A stretch of DNA of 36,245 nt, taken from Octopus bimaculoides (lineage: Eukaryota). Position numbers and translations under genes: made by a program. The notes beneath the pieces were generated by a model. That model made no database searches, had not been told where the DNA came from, and worked only from the letters and a program-made list of their open reading frames with translations. Below, in pieces: positions 35,142 to 36,245 of the stretch; the first letter of the stretch is position 1, and every line of letters begins with the position of its first letter. The stretch spans positions 12,228,465 to 12,264,709 of the forward strand of contig NC_069001.1 in NCBI RefSeq assembly GCF_001194135.2. The letters run 5' to 3'.

Positions 35142-35644
35142 AATCTGTATATGAATACATACATACATACATACATACACAGACTCGTATATAAATATAT
35201 ATATGGCTGAGTGTGTGTATGTATGTGTGTGTATGATGCAGTCTGTATCGTTCCCATTTATATACAAATATATATAAATAACTATATATATTTATTTTGT
35301 ATGTATGTATATATGTATGCATGCATACATGCTCACAAACAGACACACAGACACGCACAGGGAGCCATAATTTCAATGAAATTATTATTTCCTTCTCTCA
35401 TGATTAGTAACTGTCGTATTTTATAGTTGATTTAGTTAAGATTTATTTATAAGAAAAAAAGAAGACATTAAGTATTTTTCAAAAGAATTTTGGCATTCAT
35501 CTAATGCATCAAAGAGTGTTGTGCTAGGTTTCTGACGTTTATGTATCGAGGGATACGGTAACTGCGATGCAAATACAACAGCGAAATTTGATATAACGCT
35601 TAAAGGTTTGTTAATGTCTTAATCATCATAATGAAAATTATTAA

Positions 35645-36027
35645 TTATTTCTACTCTAGGCACAAGGCCTTGAACATTTTGGCGGGAAGGGGGTCAGTCG
35701 ATTACATTGACCCCAGTCCGTAACTGGTACTTATTTCATCGACCCGAAAGAATGAAAGGCAAAGTCGACTTGCGCAGAATTTGAACTCAGAACATAAAGC
35801 CAGACGAAATACCGCTAAGCATTTCTTCCAGTGTGCTAACAATTCTTTTCTACTCTAGGCACAAGGCCCGAATCTTTTGTAGAGGGGGCCAGTCAATTAG
35901 ATCGTCCCCAGTATGCAACTGGTACTTGATTATCGACCCCGAAAGGATAAAAGGCAATGTTTACCTTGGCGGAATTTGAACTCAGAACATAAAGACAGAC
36001 GAAATACCGCTAAGCATTCCGCCCAGC
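35645..36027 (-). mobile_element. Two head-to-tail SINE family A copies (35645-35846, 35847-36027)
   Basis: Both show ctactctaggcacaaggcc, gaatttgaactcagaac (B-box) and gacgaaataccgctaagcatt. Confidence 0.9.
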
Positions 36028-36245
36028 TTGCCGCCTTATAATGATAATTATTAAGACTTGATCTATAAAATTGTATTGATTATAATAATTATTTACTATT
36101 TAAACAGTGAAATTATATTGATTATAACGATTATCATTATCATTTTCAAATGTGAATTACTATTGATTTCGTTTGTAATTATGATTATTTTGATCGTGAA
36201 ATTCCTTTCGTGAATGGAACGTGACTAATTAAAATGTTCTCGTCG

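Noticed and set aside
799-35426. Long ORFs of YI, HT, CV, LS or X repeats in the ORF track
   Set aside because: Translations of (TA)n, (CA)n and (CT)n microsatellites, or frames running through N gaps (898-1556, 8896-9505, 10138-10237, 13325-14214, 15894-16344, 22467-22866, 24516-24525, 25074-25083, 29408-29990, 34110-34119).
4669-36027. tRNA genes
   Set aside because: All A/B-box hits are heads of multi-copy SINEs that continue into SINE bodies; no complete cloverleaf seen.

Overview
AT-rich, microsatellite-saturated eukaryotic draft-assembly DNA with ten N-gaps. The SINE families and (AT)n/(CA)n density look like an octopus (coleoid cephalopod) genome; this is recognition from memory, not a database hit. 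I can support no intact protein-coding gene, and nearly all ORFs in the track are translated microsatellites or run across gaps. The window is a transposon graveyard: many copies of three tRNA-headed SINE families (A, B, C), decayed RTE and CR1-like LINE fragments, two restriction-like-endonuclease (R4/Dong-like) retrotransposon 3' ends next to (TAA)n, a mariner transposase remnant and a Tc1-type MITE. The most notable signal is a fourth tRNA-headed SINE (26.5-27.0 kb) carrying a minimal type-I hammerhead-ribozyme motif of the Penelope-like-element kind, present as a head-to-head inverted pair. Two further decayed hammerhead-like cores lie in a second repeat family (19.9 and 21.6 kb). Weak exon-like and promoter-like signals are reported at low confidence.
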